Both the position numbers and the translations under genes were made by a program. Source: Trichodelitschia bisporula (lineage: Eukaryota). Taken from it: a DNA stretch of 64,000 bases. The notes beneath the pieces are model-generated. The model had not been told where the DNA came from, made no database searches, and saw only the letters and a list, made by a program, of their open reading frames with translations. The stretch is from positions 871,420 through 935,419 of the forward strand of contig ML996690.1 in the NCBI GenBank assembly GCA_010356995.1, read 5' to 3'. Below, one piece after another: positions 37,859 to 50,911 of the stretch (position 1 is its first letter; each line of letters starts with the position of its first letter).

Positions 37859-40800
37859 CTAGAGCCAACCACCCTCTCGTACCTTTCCAGAATTTATGCG
37901 AAACAACTTCCAACTCTTCACGCTGCTCAGTGCCCCCGAGTTCTGTCGGCTCAGGATCTGGGGATCCTCTTCAGCTGCCGCTAGTGGCGCAACAAAGGGA
38001 GCCTTTTCGATACCAACATGTGGTTTCCCGTCGGTTCCAATGAATGAACCAAACCCGTAGCGGTTTCCCATCATCTTCAGATGCTCCGCCCGCCTTGACC
38101 CAGACATCCACGAGGTGCTTTGAAAATCTTCGACGGCGTGGCCTGCCGCAAAATAGGCAATCAGGGAGGCAGGATTGGTCGGAAGGCGTGAGAGTATTCT
38201 CAACGGCCGATGGAAATAGAGAGCAATGGTAACGAGACAATACAAGCCGAGAATGGTTTCTGAGATGACGAACATGGTTGTCGACACGAAGATACGAAGG
38301 GTCGGCTTGATGATGAACCCAGCGGTAGCAGACGGGGCATCCGGCGACATATCCCCAGGAGCGAATATTTTGTCCATGTTGGTACTCACGAGGGCCGAGA
38401 ACACCTTGGAGTACATACGCGAGTATGCTGCTGCAGCCATGTCGAACTCAGGGGGCGGGAGGGTGTAATCCAACAATCTGGTGCTGTTGGTCATCTTTTC
38501 AATGAAGAAATTATTGAAATCTGACGGGAAGGAGTCGTTGTGCCAGGTGGCCCCAGTGTCAAACATGATTTTGTGTGCTTCACCGATCAATTTTGAGGTG
38601 TCCTGGCCCAGTACTGTGTCTGTCGTATCGGTGGAGATATTGACGGTCATAACTCGCTGGATGTGGCCATCAGCCGAAGCTATAACGTCGGCCGCACCCA
38701 TGATGAGGTTAGACTGACAGACAATCAGGGTTTCTGTGTGGGAGTCGACGGTTATTTGCTTCTCATCGGCACGGTTCGTGTCAATAGATGTCGAATTTTG
38801 GGTAGTACTGGCCCGAATCCAGCCCGCAAAGACGTGTAACCGGCAAAATATGGCGTCTTCCGGAGAGGCCCCTTTCAAGCTATCAAGGGCAGCATTGAGT
38901 TCCAGGGCAGCCGATCCATTTGTTGTCCCGAAAAAGAGATCCATCGTGTTGAGTTTGCCGTCAAGTCGGACCTCTCGCGGTTCGCATGTCACCATTTCCC
39001 CATCGCCTCGAGGAATCGTGACTCGGAAAGTCGCATTTGCACCATTTGACGGCATGTCAAAGGTGTATTCGTACATAGATACTGGCGAGCACTTCAATTC
39101 AGCTCCCAACATCGGAGTGATTGCACGATATTGCCAAGTGGCATTTTCGGCCCCGGAAAATGCTTTGAAGGGCAAGTAGACGAAGCTGTCATCAGACCAC
39201 GGCGGCATCGGAGTATTGGCAGTCAGGTTCGATGTGATTCGATATAGCGGTGAGAGGTTTTGGACCGTGACGAAAGTCGCTCCGGCTCCACCATCCGGCA
39301 GGGGAAGACTAAATGCGTCGTCCGGGATAGGCTGAAGGGTTAATTTGAACGGTGTAGCGAATTTCGCGGGTGTGTCGAGATTAGCAATGCCCTCAAAAAA
39401 CAGTCCGCCAAATGCGACAGGAAGAACATTTGAAATGGCTGTCATGGCGCAGACGGCAGCAAGTATATAGTGACGCTTGCGCAATGCCTTTACGATGGCG
39501 AATTGCGGAGGAACATTCGTATAACCAAGATCCACGGTCGTCTCCGCGGAACCTGGCCCTTGCCTCAGTGCCTCAAAGGGCTGAAGGATGCAGAGCAAAC
39601 GATTGAGACAAAGCCACAACGGCTCTGTGAACGTGGCGAGGGCTGTGGGTATGTAGTTCTCAACCAGCTGACGAATAAACTGGTTCTTGGAAGGCAAAGG
39701 AAGGCCTAATTTTGAGGTAAACGTCAGCAGGGGCAAAGAAGACGCATGGGAAAGTAGGTACCTTGGGTAACGGAAGCTTGATATCGAAGGGCCGCAATTG
39801 CAATAATCAGCAGAGCTTGAAAAAAGAAAAAGGAGATGCCGACTACGAGGCTAAATTCCTTCGGGCGAACACCTGCGATGAGTTCCGGGCGTCGCGTTCC
39901 ATCAACGGTCTGAAAAGTAGCACTCTCGGCCGCAGGGCCTCCACTGACGGTGATCTCATATCTGGCTGGGCCTGCGGCTTCTCGAATGAGAAAATTTGTA
40001 TCTTTGAGTTCTTCTTCCAGTTCTTTCTTGCTGAGCCGATCAAGTTGCTTGAACCCGTCGAGGACGGCCGGTTGATTCGCAGTCATTGACATAACGGACG
40101 AGAGGGTTCCAGGATCCGAAATGAAGCAGCGCCTCCGAGTGAAAGAAGTTCCAATCATGTAGCCGGCTAACAATATCGCAACCCCAAGGAAAGCCTCGAC
40201 AACATATGTAAAGGTGGGAACCATGACAATAGCCTGGGTGCTGAAGTGTAGGCGTCCAGCACTTCGCGTTGAGAGATCCAGTGAGTGGGCAAAGATATCT
40301 GCCATTTGACGAGCAAATAGAATCCTGTATGCCGACTGGTATGACAGCCGAAGCGTCTCCGGCGTCAGGTACGCATCGAGCGGCTGCTGGTAAGCACTGA
40401 CGGCAAAGAGCGGCATTTTCAAGGTCCTATTGGTGTTTAGAGGAAGGTCGTTAAGGAAGGGCCTTTGGTCTGGCCAGTTCACTGTAGGGAAGTCCGCTCG
40501 AGCATCTGTCGTCTGTGCCCCTGCATTCATTGCCCGCTCAAAGTTGCTGGCGTTGAAGACATCGGGAGGGAGATCGATGGGAGGCCCAAGTGCCTTTGAG
40601 TCAAGAACAATATTGTGGGGAAGGGAAACACTGGCAGCCACATCCTGAAACCAGTAAGACGCTTTGCAGTACATGATGTTGACGTCGGCATTGGCGTAGC
40701 TTTCGTCAATTGACATGTCGTTGAGCTGGGTACCGGGAACACGCGATTTGGAAAACAGAAGAAGAAATGACCTCGGTTCGCTTTTCGGACACCCCCCATT

Positions 40801-41943
40801 TGCCAGATAATAACTGTCAGAACTGTCGTAATACCCAATGTACAGAGAATCGAATATCTTACTCGCGTTGGCATTTGGATAGGTGCGGATGGCCGGGTGC
40901 GTGAAGCTGCAGCCCCAGGAGCTTTTGAGGTCCTCGGAATAGTTTCCGGCGTTGATTGCGGGCTCGCAGTTAACATCGACCGAGTACTTCCGTGTATTAC
41001 CAGTGAGAACTGTTCCATCAAGCCCGGGATTGGCTCTGTTTGCATCAAAGGACGTCCCAAACGGGGCAAGAAAATATTGGTTGGTAGTGAACTGTGGGAG
41101 GGTCTCATTCAGCCACATAATATTTGATGCTGAAGTTGCAGATGCAGCTGGAAACCCTTTCCCCTGTTGATCGGCAGAGAGGAGGGATGTGGACATTAAA
41201 ACCGGGACATCCATTGACTTGGTGACATTCGCGTTTGTTGCGAAAATACCCGACTGCGCGGGAGTGAGCCCCCAGAAAATGAACACGACGGCTAAGGAAG
41301 CCGAGAAAACCGTCCAGTGCCTGATTATGTTCAGCGATGACTTGTGTCAGTTAAAATAAAACTACAAACCCGCTTCTGAAGGCGCTGAGGGGAACGGAGG
41401 CGATAAAATCAACGGGATATTGAAGTAAGAGAGAGTGCTTCGCTGATATGGCATGGCCCTTCGAGAGTTGATAGAACGGCTCAAGGCGCTTCACGTCAAG
41501 ATCAACCCAGGTCCACATGAAGCTGTAGCAAACGGCGATGATGGTGGGCAGATAGAGGAAGGGAAAGGACTGCGTGGTCGATATATCGTTGATGTTAGGA
41601 GCGAATACCAAGCCTCCATCTCGTGTACTCCTTTCGAGAAGTGTCTGGAGCAAGGCGATCAAAGCGGCTGATATGAGAATAATGGTACCCAAGAATGGTA
41701 TCCGGAGCGAAATGGGCTTCCACGCCCTGGAGTGATTTGTACCTTGTGAAAGTAAGCAACGAAGGTCTGGTTCAGATAAGCCGACTTACTGCGGAGAAAC
41801 TTAAGTTTCTCGGATATATAGCTGGCCATTGTACTGCTCGTATCGGATTGACTGTTGTCATTCCCCACAGTCCTGTCTCCGGTCACATTAGATGGCCGAG
41901 GCCGAGAAAAATGAAGCCAGTCGTAGTGAGGAGGCTGCTCCAT
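37859..41943 (-). CDS. Large multi-pass membrane protein (DUF3433-like, duplicated domain), 4 exons; alternative start 41829
   Basis: Introns 41743-41789, 41321-41369, 39706-39761. WKPISLR; two related units YLPTIIA...WVDLDVKRLEPFYQL and YIPTALA...LNRLLCILQPFEAL; C-terminal YGFGSFIGTDGKPHVGIE. Confidence 0.85.
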
Positions 41944-42913
41944 GTACTGATTAAAGAGAAGACGTTCCAGCGCCTCCGTGGACGGATGAAAAGAAAATTT
42001 GTACGGGACTCAGGAAAGGCTTGATAGGATCATTAACGGCAATGGCATCAAGATTCTAGGAATCCCAGACTTGGAGGTACTCCGATTAAGAGGCTCAATC
42101 GCAACACCTGCCTCCATATTTAATCGCATATACCTGACTTCTCCCAACTGATGGAGCCGCATCTTACTGGTTAATTTGACTGCTATCCGGCATCAGGCCG
42201 GCCTCGAACGAGGCATCGCGATAACATTGACGCTGGATGGTTAGAACTGGGGCCAATTTGAGGACTTTCAGCCGCAATCAAAAGATTCATTGGTGGACAC
42301 GTTCGGAGGAAATGAATCAAGCTTCGTAACCGCTGAAAACATGGGCTGCGCCGCCTGCACCTTTGGTTTCGCAATCCATGTTGGCGCTAAAGGGCGGTTA
42401 TTTTGACATGTGGCAAGTGGAGGATTCGGGGATGGAAAAGCATTCTTCCTGAGCATACCAAGGAGGCACGTGGAAGGCTGCTTAAGAAAGTGAGCGCCGA
42501 TTCTCTCTGCAAGTTACGCACAATATACCGCAGCGAATTTCCCGGTCTGCATTGTGTCCCTCCTGGTTCGCACTTGCCGTTGTCATGGCCCAGCAGGTCA
42601 ACGAGATCTTCTTGCATCTCTTACTGCGCCGCAGGACGGTCGCAATTCTCCGCTTCGCACACATCGCTCATACTCTTCTCTCCTTCTATCAGCGCAAAGG
42701 TACATTCTGTCGACTCAAGCATTTTTTCAAACCCAGCAAAACTCACAGGCTGCAGCGCACACTCAGCTCCGCTTCGAAGCCTCGTAAGCTTCGAGTGCGC
42801 AGCACAGCACCACATTCGCCGGGCTAACAACCTGAAAGCTTGTTATACTTCATCTGACTCCAGTAGTTTCACTGTGATTTGAGCGTTACCCTTACAGGCT
42901 CACGATCTTCAAA

Positions 42914-43339
42914 ATGGTTAGCTCGCCATCTGTCGGCCGCGTTCTCCTCTCCCTCAGCGCACTCGTCTCCTCTGCCGGAGCCTTCCTCGCAGATTGGAAC
43001 GAGACACATATCTACAACCCGCGCTGGCCGCCTCATGCGAAATTCCACAACGGTCAGACAATGAGCATGGGGGTAGCTCTCGCCGTGGCAACGCTGTACT
43101 ACACCTGGCGGACGGTCCCTTCTTCTCAACGGAGAGAATCTCTCTTCACGGCGGCCGTCTTTGGGTCCATATATTTCATCTCAGCGCTTAGCGCCATCCT
43201 GTATCCCGACAGCAAGGGCATGGACCCGGAGTTTGGAGAGGGATTTGTCCAAGCTGGACCCTTTTCGGCATGCGTCTTGATGAATTGGGTGGGATACTGG
43301 ATGGAAATCAGAAGGCTACGAGCGGAGAAGATTCATTGA
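42914..43339 (+). CDS. Small membrane protein with DWNETH/WPPHAKFH motif (DUF6640-like)
   Basis: AAAATGG start; ADWNETHIYNPRWPPHAKFHNGQT; about four hydrophobic segments. Confidence 0.8.
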   Translation: MVSSPSVGRVLLSLSALVSSAGAFLADWNETHIYNPRWPPHAKFHNGQTMSMGVALAVATLYYTWRTVPSSQRRESLFTAAVFGSIYFISALSAILYPDSKGMDPEFGEGFVQAGPFSACVLMNWVGYWMEIRRLRAEKIH

Positions 43340-44240
43340 GGACGAAACTATGATTGAAGGTGGAGCTTTATGACCTATGGCCAAGATGTTTAACCACGCA
43401 CTGCTCTATCTCGCTTGCAATAGGATTGACCTGGGAGAAGTCACTAGGCCAACTATTTGGGGTTAACGTCAAACCACACATCGTGCCATCGGTTCATCCC
43501 TGCGCACCTATTTCCTCTTTGTCTTCTTTGTGCTTTGATCGACAGGCTAAGCCCTGCCGTTAGACAAAGGGAACCAAGGGGACCCATGCTCTACAGCGAT
43601 ATCGGGCGCCTGGCCTGCTTGAGACCTAAAGAAGAAAAACAAAACAGGAAGCTCAGAGATGTTGGTTGATCACCTGGCTCAATACAGAAGGAGTGCTCGC
43701 GAGTCAAAGAATGCGGGCTCTCATACATGTCCCGATCTGACTTTTGAATATCCACGTCGTCCGTCCGACAATTTTTCTACTCAAAATCGATTGGCATCAT
43801 TCGCAAACACATCCAAGCGTTCAGCCTCGCCTGGCGCCTTCCTGGCGAGGCTTAGTGCTAGTTCATGCCATTTCGGGCGCGGCTAATCTCCAGTCCGAGC
43901 TCGCAACCCCACTTGGCCTTAGCTCTCCCCTCATTGCCGACCCCTCCCACGCAACAACCGTGAGGCCATTGGACATGCCTCCAAACTCCTCGGTCAAGCT
44001 CCAACCGGGGCTAGTGCAGCAAGATACTGTGGTATACATAATGGTAGCTGCTCAACAATGCATCCTTGTCCGACCTGCATCTCTACTTCGTCCCCTTCGG
44101 TGTCGCGAACTCTCAAATTCTAAACTTCACCGCTTATTGCACTCCACACCTTTCCCCGCATTTTCAGCAACATAGAAGGGCGGCCAGACCCTCACGAGTT
44201 CCCATCCGAACCCCACTCCAGGACAGATACGCCTCCCGCT

Positions 44241-46485
44241 ATGTCTACCCCCGACCATCCCGCGCAAATTATCCCACGAAAGCTATGGGAGCACCCCGCT
44301 CCCAAAAGCACGCGTATGTGGCGCTTCTTGGAGAAAGCGAACAAGCGTCACGGTCTCAAGATGAGCTCATTCCAGGAACTGTACGACTGGTCCATCACCG
44401 AGCGCGTTCAGTTCTGGGAAATGGTCTGGGAGGAAATCGAAATCATCCACGAGGGCAGCTACAAGAAAGTCTTTGACCCCAATGCGCGCATGGATAGCGT
44501 GCCCCACTGGTTTGAGGGCGTGCGCATGAACTTTGCTGAGAATGTCCTGTTCACCCGCGGCAAGGCCCGCAGCGATGCCACGACTTGGGATAAGAGCAAT
44601 GACAAGGTCTGCGTTACTGAGGCGCGTGAAGGCGCGACCGAGATCCGCGATTTCACTTGGCGTGAACTGAGGACCCGTGTGGGCCTGTTGTCGAATGCTA
44701 TGCGTGCCCATGGCGTCAAGCGTGGGGACCGGGTGGCGGTCGTGGCGAGTAATAGCATGGACACGCTCGTCGTCTTTCTGGCAGTGACAGCACTGGGAGG
44801 GCTATTCAGCAGCAGCAGTACGGACATGGGGTTGAAGGGGATTTTGGATCGGCTGCTGCAGATTCACCCAGTTTGGGTGTTTTTCGACGACTGGGCGGTG
44901 TACAACGGAAAGACGACGGATTTGCGGCCCAAGATCAAAGACCTGTTGAAGGGGCTCGATGGCATTGCTGAGTTCAAGGGCGTAGTTACCCTTCCGCGCT
45001 TTGAGCAGCCGGCCGACGTGACCGGTGTTCCCCGGACGCTCACTCTGGCGAGGTACCTGCAGGCTGCGGGTGGGAATGGCGAACTGAAGTTTGAGCGGAT
45101 TGGATTCCGCGATCCTTTCTTGGTTGTTTACAGTTCCGGCACTACTGGGACACCAAAGTGCATCGTCCATTCCGTTGGCGGAGTGCTCACGAGCGCTTTG
45201 AAGGAGGGGAAGCTTCATCGCGACTTTGGCCTCGACACTGTGGGACTACAGTATACGACTGTAAGTACCAGCCGACCCAACTTTGACAGCAGCTAACACT
45301 AGCAGACGGGATGGATCATGTACCTTTCATCTGTCCTCGGTCTCCTCTCCGGTTCCCGCACAGTATTATACGACGGAAGTCCGTTTCAACCGGACCTCAC
45401 AACCTTTATTAAGCTAGTGTCCGACCAAAAGGTTACCAACCTGGGAATCTCGCCACGATACATGCATGAACTGCAGAAGAACAACATCAGTCCCCGCGAA
45501 GTTGCTGATCTTTCGTCGCTGAGGTGTGTCACGTCTACCGGCATGGTGCTAAAGGACGCTGTAAGTATCTTACCTCTCCAACCGAGGATGCGCTAATCGG
45601 TCTGTCAGCTTTTTGAATGGTTCTATGACGTTGGCTTCCCACCTAACGTCCAGCTGGCTAATATCTCCGGCGGCACTGATCTGGCGGGCTGCTTTGGGAT
45701 GGAGAACCCACTGACACCACTCTACGTCGGAGGCTGTCAAGGACCGTCTCTCGGCATTGCGGTTGCAGTATATGATCAATTGGTTGAAGGTGGCAAGGGC
45801 GTCAAAGGCAAGGAGCTGGAACATGGGACTCCGGGAGAGCTCGTCGCGTCAGTCACTCCTCCATACATAGCAAAGCCCTCCACGCTAACATCTCTGCAGT
45901 ACCAAGTCCTTCCCGAACATGCCAGTCCTCTTCTGGGGCTCGGACGGTGCGCAGAAGTACTTCAACTCGTACTTCGCACGGTTCGACGACGTGTGGACAC
46001 ACGGCGACTTCATCCAAATCCACCCCGTGACCCGGCAAATCTTCTTCCTCGGCCGGGCCGACGGCGTGCTCAACCCTTCCGGCGTGCGTTTCGGCTCAGC
46101 GGAAATCTACAACGTCATCGAGTCGTTCTTCCCCCAGATCCAGGACAGCATTTGCGTTGGCCAGCGGCGGCCGCAAGACCATGATGAGACAGTGCTGCTG
46201 TTCTTGATGATGGTCCCTGGGCACAAGTTCAGTGAGCGCTTGGCCCGTGACGTCCAGGAAGCCATTGCGCGGGAGCTGAGCAAGCGCCATGTGCCCCGGT
46301 ACGTCTTCGAGACGCCTGAGATACCAACGACTATCAACGGCAAGAAGGTGGAACTCCCAGTCAAGCAGATCGTCTCAGGACATGTCGTGAAGCCCTCGAG
46401 TACGCTTCTAAACCCGGAGAGCCTGAAATTCTATTATAAGTTTGCGAAGATTGAGGAGCTAGAGCAGGTCAAGGCGAAGCTGTAA
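44241..46485 (+). CDS. Acetoacetyl-CoA synthetase, 4 exons
   Basis: WFEGVRMNFAEN, YSSGTTGTPKCIVH, TTTGWIMY, ISGGTD, WTHGDF, GRADGVLNPSGVRFGSAEIY, NGKKVE. Introns 45261-45305, 45561-45608, 45848-45899; ends AKL*. Confidence 0.95.
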
Positions 46486-46750
46486 ATGGGATAGACGGCG
46501 TTGCGGAAACAGAGTGTGGAGGCGTGATGAGCGTGCATGATTGAGGTGCTTACTTTGAGGTCAGTGGTCTTGCTTCGGTTGGCTTTATTGCTGTTGAATG
46601 TTTCAAGTATTTTGCAGCGAGACGTGATGATGTGACGTTGACGCTGATCGTACCAGTACGAGCCGGATGCTTTGGTCGACCTCATTACGTTAATACTGCT
46701 GGTTACCTCATACCGGCTATCTAGTTGTGCTTCGTAAACTTCAAATATCT

Positions 46751-48155
46751 TCATTCCTGAACGCAAATATTCTCCTCTGCAAACGCTCTGTATCGATCCA
46801 GGACGTCGGTGGACGCCATTCCATCTCTTTGCGGCTCGAAACTGTAATGTGCAGCAAGCGCCCTTCCGTCCACGATCGCATCTGAACGCCGTTATTACAC
46901 TTTCGAACGCGGGAACATCCAACTCACGTCGTCTCGTCCACTTGGGCATTACCTCCGAGAAGTAATACTCGTCATCCTGTTGCTCCATCGGCTTGCCGCG
47001 ATTTATGTCATCTCCCATCATAGCGATGAACTGGATGCCCATGCGCCCGTAGTTGTAATCCCACCGGTGAAACTTGTACCTGAAGAGCTCATTCTTTTCT
47101 AGGTTCTCGAAGAAACTGTAATGTTCTTGTGCTGCGATGGACCAGTACCACAGTCCCAATCCAAAGGCATCGTACTTGGTCTCGACGATTGGGGTCTCGT
47201 CAATGGTGACTGAGGAGTTGGGTGAGACTGGAAGCCAGCGATGTCCTCGACGCAGCTTGCCGCTGTCAAAATACTCCGTGTAGTTGAAGTCTTCGGGGCC
47301 GTCCCACTTAGGGAGCTCCGAGGCATGCCAACTTACAGTTGAATTGGGGGTCATGTTGGTAGCGTTAGGAGGGGGTGCTAGCTCCGGGAGGTATGGGCGG
47401 ACCGCACCCAGGCGCCAGTGGAGCCAGCTGAGCGAAGGCTGGTTCATGATGTTGGCTGATACGACAAAGTACTCCGGATGATTTAGCCGAGTGGAGACTA
47501 GAGTGGGAATGGTGGTGTCCTCGAAGAAGACCTGAAGAAGTCAGAAGCGGGAACGGATATCGCACCCTGGCACCCACAATGTCGTCGTCGATTTTGATGT
47601 ACATTGTCCCATTCTGGATGATATCGTACGCTCCCCGATAGTCCTTCCCTTCCCATGTGACGTTCTGCTTCCTGTAGGAGTCCGAGGTTTCCAGCAACGC
47701 ATCCAGCCAGCCCAAATCTTGCATCTTTTTCGTCCGGACAATGAATATGACTTCGTCCAACACCCCTCCATTCTCAACCAAGTTCCGCTGCGAGCCGTCA
47801 GCGCAAGACTCTAACAAATCTCATACCATACCTTGAGATAGCAATCCAGAATAGACACGCTCGCCGGCCGTCCATAAAACACAAGTCCCACAACCTTCAA
47901 CCCCTCTGGCTTAACCCACTCCGTCACGCCCTCGCCATCCCCTTTCCCCGACACTGACCAATACCGCGGCAATTGCTTGGGCGCATCCACAGCCGACACC
48001 TCAACCCGCGCAACATGCGGCCCGAAAAGCCACCAGCATGCCATGAGCAGCGTAAACGCCGCAAACGCCCCCAGAGCTGCCGTCGCCCGCGACGCCAGGC
48101 CTTGCGATCCCCCTATCCTCAGCGGCTTGTAGCCGCGCAGCTGCGGCACCAGCAT
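46751..48155 (-). CDS. Conserved fungal type II membrane protein, glycosyltransferase-like (DxD), 4 exons
   Basis: N-terminal anchor; VVGLVFYGR...ILDCYLKRNLVENGG; YIKIDDDIVFF; HYSF. Introns 47788-47831, 47532-47577, 46882-46927; ends ENICVQE*. Confidence 0.8.
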
Positions 48156-48792
48156 AGTGGCGCGCCCGGCGCGGGAAGGCTAATGCACTCGCGGCGGCGT
48201 TTTCGGGCTGATACGGCGCGCGCACATCCGGTTCGAACGATCGTGTGAGCCGGCGGAGTCGACTGCGTATGGCGCGTTAACACAGTTTATTAGTAGTCCA
48301 GACCTGAAGAAGGTGATGTCCAAAATGGGATGAGACGACGCGGTCGTGAAGCAGCCAGGTGGAAAAGCGGCCAAATGGCAGGTACGATCGAGGGGGACAC
48401 CCCTTCCGTTTGCGCAATCAATCTGATACAGGCGGCGGATGATCGTCTGGACCAGGGCAGACGCGGGATAGGGTAGAGGGCAGTTGGCTGGAAGGCGAAG
48501 GGCAAGGCTTGCGGCTCAGCGCACGTTTCGAGTTGGAAAGCGTGGCTGCGGGCCATGCTGATCCAAATTACTGCTATGTGGCATGTGAAACGTTCTGGTT
48601 CACCTGGTAATACAGTGGATGCAGTGGGTCGCAACTGTGAATGGGGCTGAGGCCTAAGGCAAGCAACGCACAAGGCTGAAAATGCAGCCTTTGGCTAATT
48701 GTCGTCATTATGGCTACCTATAAACTGCAGATAAATGAATGATGAGTGATCCGATGGTGGGAATTGACACATGCGTTGTTTGCTGTGCCAGT

Positions 48793-49934
48793 TCACAGCC
48801 CAGGCGTTTCAGCAATGCGATACACAAACTTCTCGTTGCCGCCCTTCCGGTCCCGTAGGCGCTTCAGTGCGTCCAAGACACCCGCCAACCCGCCCTCAAT
48901 AACCTCATAGGGCTGGGGCTTGAAGGTGCCCTGCTTCAGCGCAACCTCCAGAATGCGACTCACTACGCCGCCAAACAGCTTTCCTCCAGCTGGGTTGTCG
49001 TCGTGAACCGACCCCACCCAGATCTGCTCGAACCACCCGCCCCACTTCTTCAACTCCACCGACTCATCGCCTTCAGGCTTCTTCAGTCCAGTCGTGCAAG
49101 TATACCGGCCGGCCGGATCCAACCAAGGCGTCAGGTATTTGACGCTCTGCAGCGTGTTGCTAGCATCGAACACATGGTGCACTTTCTTGCCACCCAAGGC
49201 GGCGGAGAAATCGTCGGAAATGGTGGGTGAGCGGTAGTCCACGATGATATCGGCACCCAGCTGCTTCGCGTGCTCGGCGCTCTTACCGGCAGTTACAACT
49301 ATCGGCCCGATGCTCGGGTTCATCAGGGCGAATTGGAGGGCGAAACTGCCCACGGCGGAACTAGCACCGTTGATGATGAGAGGGGTCTTTGCAACACCGG
49401 ACTTCTCGTCTGCGCGCTCAAAGGGCAACGGAAGCTGAAGATTGCGGTACAATCCAACAGCCGCGGTGTAGGCTGCAAAGGTTTAGCTCCTGGGCGTTGG
49501 AGGAGAGGTTTACTTACCCGCCAGGGGAATAGTAGCAGCTTCCTCGAAGCTCAAACTCTCGGGGATGTGAAAGACGGTCTGCTCTGGACAAACAGTGTAC
49601 TCCGCATAAGTGCCGCGAGGCGTATCCATGACATGGAAGCCGGCGACGCGGTCACCCGGCCTGAAGTTCGTGACTTCTGAACCAACGGCTTCGACTATTC
49701 CAGCCGCATCATCGCCCTGGTTGACCTTGATGTTGAAGTAATTCGGCATGGGATGTTTCCAATCCTTTGGGTTAGAGCCGGCAACAACAACCTTGATGAG
49801 GATTTCATTGGGGCCATATTCGCTGTCGATGAGATTAGCTCTGGTGCATGCAAGCCCACGTCAACCTACGGGACTGGGATATCCTCGTGCTGGGTGGTCA
49901 AGTCAGGGTCGTAGTAAACCAGAAGGTTCTTCAT
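48793..49934 (-). CDS. MDR-family zinc-independent oxidoreductase (trans-enoyl/quinone reductase-like), 3 exons
   Basis: EILIKVVVAGSNPKDWK, GDDAAGIVEAVG, FRPGDRV, GTYAEY, SFEEAATIPL, IINGASSAVG. Introns 49823-49869, 49473-49517. Confidence 0.92.
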
Positions 49935-50911
49935 TTTGGAGAGTGTTCAATTGTCGGAGTATTGCGAGAGTCTGAAACTTGGGCTGTTCGTAAGTGCACA
50001 CTTCAGGAGGCCAGAGCAGTGGTTTATATTCCCGGATTCTCAATGATCATGTACGACCTGCCTTGCCCAATATCGTACAAGCATTCGCTGAGAAATCAGG
50101 CTGTGTTTGTCAGGCCATTGGCTGTAAGACATGGTGGACGTGAATCCGGTGAAACATGTGTATCGGAGTTCCAAGGTGGCTTACTAACGTGCTCTGACTT
50201 CACTCGTCATCGCGATGATGTACGCACTCACGATCGCCACCCTAAACCCGAGGAATGTCCGATGCAACTCCAGTCACAATGCAATGCTCCCTGCTAAATC
50301 ATGCATATAACCAGGGCTGAATGCCTTAATAAGCCGGTTTCAGCCGCTATGCTTGTTGTGTAATGGCATTGTTGACGTGTGTCGGCGTCGGATTGTTTCG
50401 CGCCCATTATTGACGACGAGCCTACAGTATGCAGCTTGTCTTCGAGCGACATCACTGACCAAATTTACCCCGCAGTTGCGTGCCAGTGAATATGGACTTA
50501 TCAAGCACAAGTGTGTAGAGTTTGGAGACGAATAGCACTCGATTGTTGGATATCTTTGCGCATACGGACCATGGTCCTAGATCGCACAAATACCTATGCC
50601 ACACAACCTGCAACCGTACCTCCAGCACACATCAGCTCTAGCCATTCACTATGAATCGAGAAACCGATCACGTCCCACCAGTCCACCTTTGTCCATTCAT
50701 CACGTCGTAAACCATCCAGTTCATCAAATCCGTCATCCGTCGCGACATCACACGTAATAGGAGTAGCTTGAAGCGTAGCCCCAAGCATTGCTGTTACCGA
50801 CGAAGTACGTTGTAGAAGCGCCGTAAACGTCGGAGACCAGCAGAAACTCCTACTTTCAGTCAATATTCACGCGTCCACAGTGATAATGATGATAGTAACA
50901 TGGTCGTGAGA

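Noticed and set aside
42914..49934. Possible secondary-metabolite cluster (acyl-CoA ligase, enoyl-reductase-like, GT-like genes)
   Set aside because: No PKS/NRPS/terpene synthase, cluster regulator or clear transporter nearby; XRN1 lies immediately adjacent.
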